Below, in pieces: positions 62,678 through 64,000 of a stretch of 64,000 nt of DNA. Under the pieces are notes generated by a model that was given only the letters and a program-made list of their open reading frames with translations, had not been told where the DNA came from and did not search any database. The translations under genes and the position numbers were made by a program. Positions within the stretch are counted from its first letter, which is position 1. Each line of letters starts with the position of its first letter. Source of the DNA: an uncultured Chloroflexia bacterium (GTDB lineage: Bacteria > Chloroflexota > Limnocylindria > Limnocylindrales > CSP1-4); assembly GCA_963738475.1 (NCBI GenBank), contig CAVTWU010000017.1, positions 211,911 through 275,910 of the forward strand, read 5' to 3'.

Positions 62678-63359
62678 TTATCGCTCGTCGGCCAGGGCTG
62701 CCCGGAGGCGCGTCAGCGCCCGTCGGGTCCTGGTCTTCACCGTGCCGAGCGGCCATCCGAGCCGTTCGGCGATCTCCGTCTGGGTCAGGTCGTCCGCGTA
62801 CGCCAGCACGATCGCGGTCCGTTCGTCGTCCGGCAGGCCGGCCAGCGCGGCCTGGATCGCCCGCCGCGTCTCCGCCGAGGCCAGCTCCAGCTCCGGCACC
62901 GGGGTCGGCACGGACCCACCGACGACGCTGTCCGGTGTCGCGATGCGATCCAGCGAGGCGGCGTCCGGCTCCCCGCTGGCGGGCGAGATGGGATAGGCGA
63001 CGAGCGTCGGTCGACGCGCGGCCGCCCGCAGTCGATCCACGGACCGGTTGCGGGCGATCGCCCGAAGCCAGCCGCCGACCGATCCGGCGGCCGGATCGAA
63101 GGTCTCGGCCCGGTCCCAGAGCGCGAGGAACGTCTCCTGGACCACCTCTTCCGCTGCACCTCGATCCGATGTCGACCGGCGGGCCGTGGCGAAGACCGAA
63201 TCGACGTACCGGTCGTACAGGACGGCCAGCGCGTCATGGCGACCCCGCCGCGACCGCTCGAACGAGGGCGCCGTCGTCCACCGTGGTGGTGGCAGCGTCC
63301 TCGGCCGGGGACGCCTCCGAGTACGTCGGAACGGGCTCGCCGGTTTCGGTCGCCGTCAT
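62678..63359 (-). CDS. ECF (sigma-70 family group 4) RNA polymerase sigma factor. One frameshift near 63240.
   Basis: Pieces:
- MTATETGEPVPTYSEASPAEDAATTTVDDGALVRAVAAG
- HDALAVLYDRYVDSVFATARR...EEVVQETFLALWDRAETFDP (region 2)
- LAGLPDDERTAIVLAYADDLTQTEIAERLGWPLGTVKTRTRRAL (region 4). Confidence 0.85.
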
Positions 63360-63366
63360 GCGCGGC

Positions 63367-63684
63367 CTACCACTCGCCGGCGGCGTGCCGGGCGACGGCC
63401 GCGAGCGAGCCGGCCGGGAGGTGCGCTTCCAGGCACGACACGCCGTCCGGGCCGACGCTCGCGTCGTGGCTCGTCCCGGCGGGCAGTTCGAGCCGGTCGC
63501 CCGCGGCCAGCGCCACCTGCTCGCCGGATGCCGGCAACCCGAAGACGATCGAACCGGCGGTCACGACGATGACCTTGTCGTAGGCGTGCTCGTGGGCGGC
63601 GTACCGGTCGCCGGGTCCGTTCGCCCAGGCCCCGGGCGCGAGGCCCTCCGCCCTGAGCCGTGCCGCCGGATCCGTCGTGGACAT
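63367..63684 (-). CDS. Cupin domain protein. Intact.
   Basis: MSTTDPAARLRAEGLAPGAWANGPGDRYAAHEHAYDKVIVVTAGSIVFGLPASGEQVALAAGDRLELPAGTSHDA. TAGCAT lies 5 nt upstream of the ATG. Confidence 0.75.
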   Translation of the reverse strand: MSTTDPAARLRAEGLAPGAWANGPGDRYAAHEHAYDKVIVVTAGSIVFGLPASGEQVALAAGDRLELPAGTSHDASVGPDGVSCLEAHLPAGSLAAVARHAAGEW

Positions 63685-63724
63685 CGGCCCATGCTAGGTC
63701 ATCGAGCGGGCTAGACTCCATCGC

Positions 63725-64000
63725 GTGACCGACCTGCCGAGCCTGCGCTACCTGTCCGGAGCGGACGTCCTGGCCGCGATGCCGCCGCTGGACGAGCGCC
63801 TCGACCTCGCCGAGCGGACCCAGGTCGCGCTCGTCGCGGATGCGGAACTGCCGGCCAAGATCGGCCTCCACCCGCGACCCGCCGAGTCCTTCGCCCATGC
63901 CATGCCTGCCTACCTGCGCGGCGCGGACGCGAGCGGCGCCGACGACCGGATCGGGATGAAGTGGGTGGCCGGCTTCGATACGAACAAGGACCTGGGCATC
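63725..64000 (+). CDS. Ornithine cyclodeaminase / mu-crystallin family protein. N-terminal 92 codons only, running off the right edge.
   Basis: GTG lies 7 nt after TAGACT. Product: VTDLPSLRYLSGADVLAAMPPLDERLDLAERTQVALVADAELPAKIGLHPRPAESFAHAMPAYLRGADASGADDRIGMKWVAGFDTNKDLGI. Confidence 0.7.
   Translation, partial: MTDLPSLRYLSGADVLAAMPPLDERLDLAERTQVALVADAELPAKIGLHPRPAESFAHAMPAYLRGADASGADDRIGMKWVAGFDTNKDLGI

Overview
The window is 64 kb of very GC-rich chromosome (by eye about 70% or more). Its gene content looks Actinobacteria-like or Chloroflexota-like, but I cannot place the organism.

I can support about 62 protein-coding genes and one tRNA-His. I found no rRNA, CRISPR array, transposase, integrase or phage genes.

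**Gene content, in order:**
- A CoxL/S/M-type xanthine dehydrogenase family operon (1-3415).
- A membrane-anchored degenerate GGDEF protein, a D-aminoacylase, an EamA exporter and a guanine deaminase-like amidohydrolase.
- A long minus-strand operon (16030 down to about 9087): SorC regulator, FGGY sugar kinase, NitT/TauT-type ABC importer, FAD oxidase and a small Cys protein.
- A RelE/ParE-type toxin with an AbrB-type antitoxin.
- Several Cys-patterned lipoproteins and a secreted protein with two HYR domains.
- A run of small stress or detoxification-type proteins: DinB, SnoaL, VOC, DUF1801, MpaB and cupins.
- BioY, then a CAP-domain protein in an operon with a MacB-type ABC exporter.
- DUF885, an SDR, an orphan MalK/MsiK-type ATPase with a structured leader, and NUDIX, GNAT and NAPRT genes.
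- Two gluzincin peptidases, GlgC, and an M23 peptidase behind a 300-nt leader.
- Prepilin peptidase, PepA, and adenosine deaminase start-overlapping a zinc-ribbon/class III cyclase/AAA/TPR protein.
- A cupredoxin, HAD-IIA, YacP, CcsA, PlsC, Lgt, an ECF sigma/anti-sigma pair and the start of an ornithine cyclodeaminase.

**Most striking global property:** about two thirds of the genes cannot be read in one frame. Recognisable homology continues in another frame after each break. I think this is most likely indel error in the assembly rather than real gene decay. Because of it, many gene boundaries are approximate.

**Candidates for further work:**
- The SorC/FGGY/NMT1-ABC/FAD-oxidase locus.
- Two possible cis-regulatory RNAs (ydaO-like and msiK-like).
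- A low-GC operator region at 3530-3605.
- Widespread leaderless promoter geometry.
- The adenosine deaminase-cyclase coupling.
- The paralogous Cys-lipoprotein family.

All coordinates not anchored on the ORF track were counted by hand and may be off by 1-2 nt.
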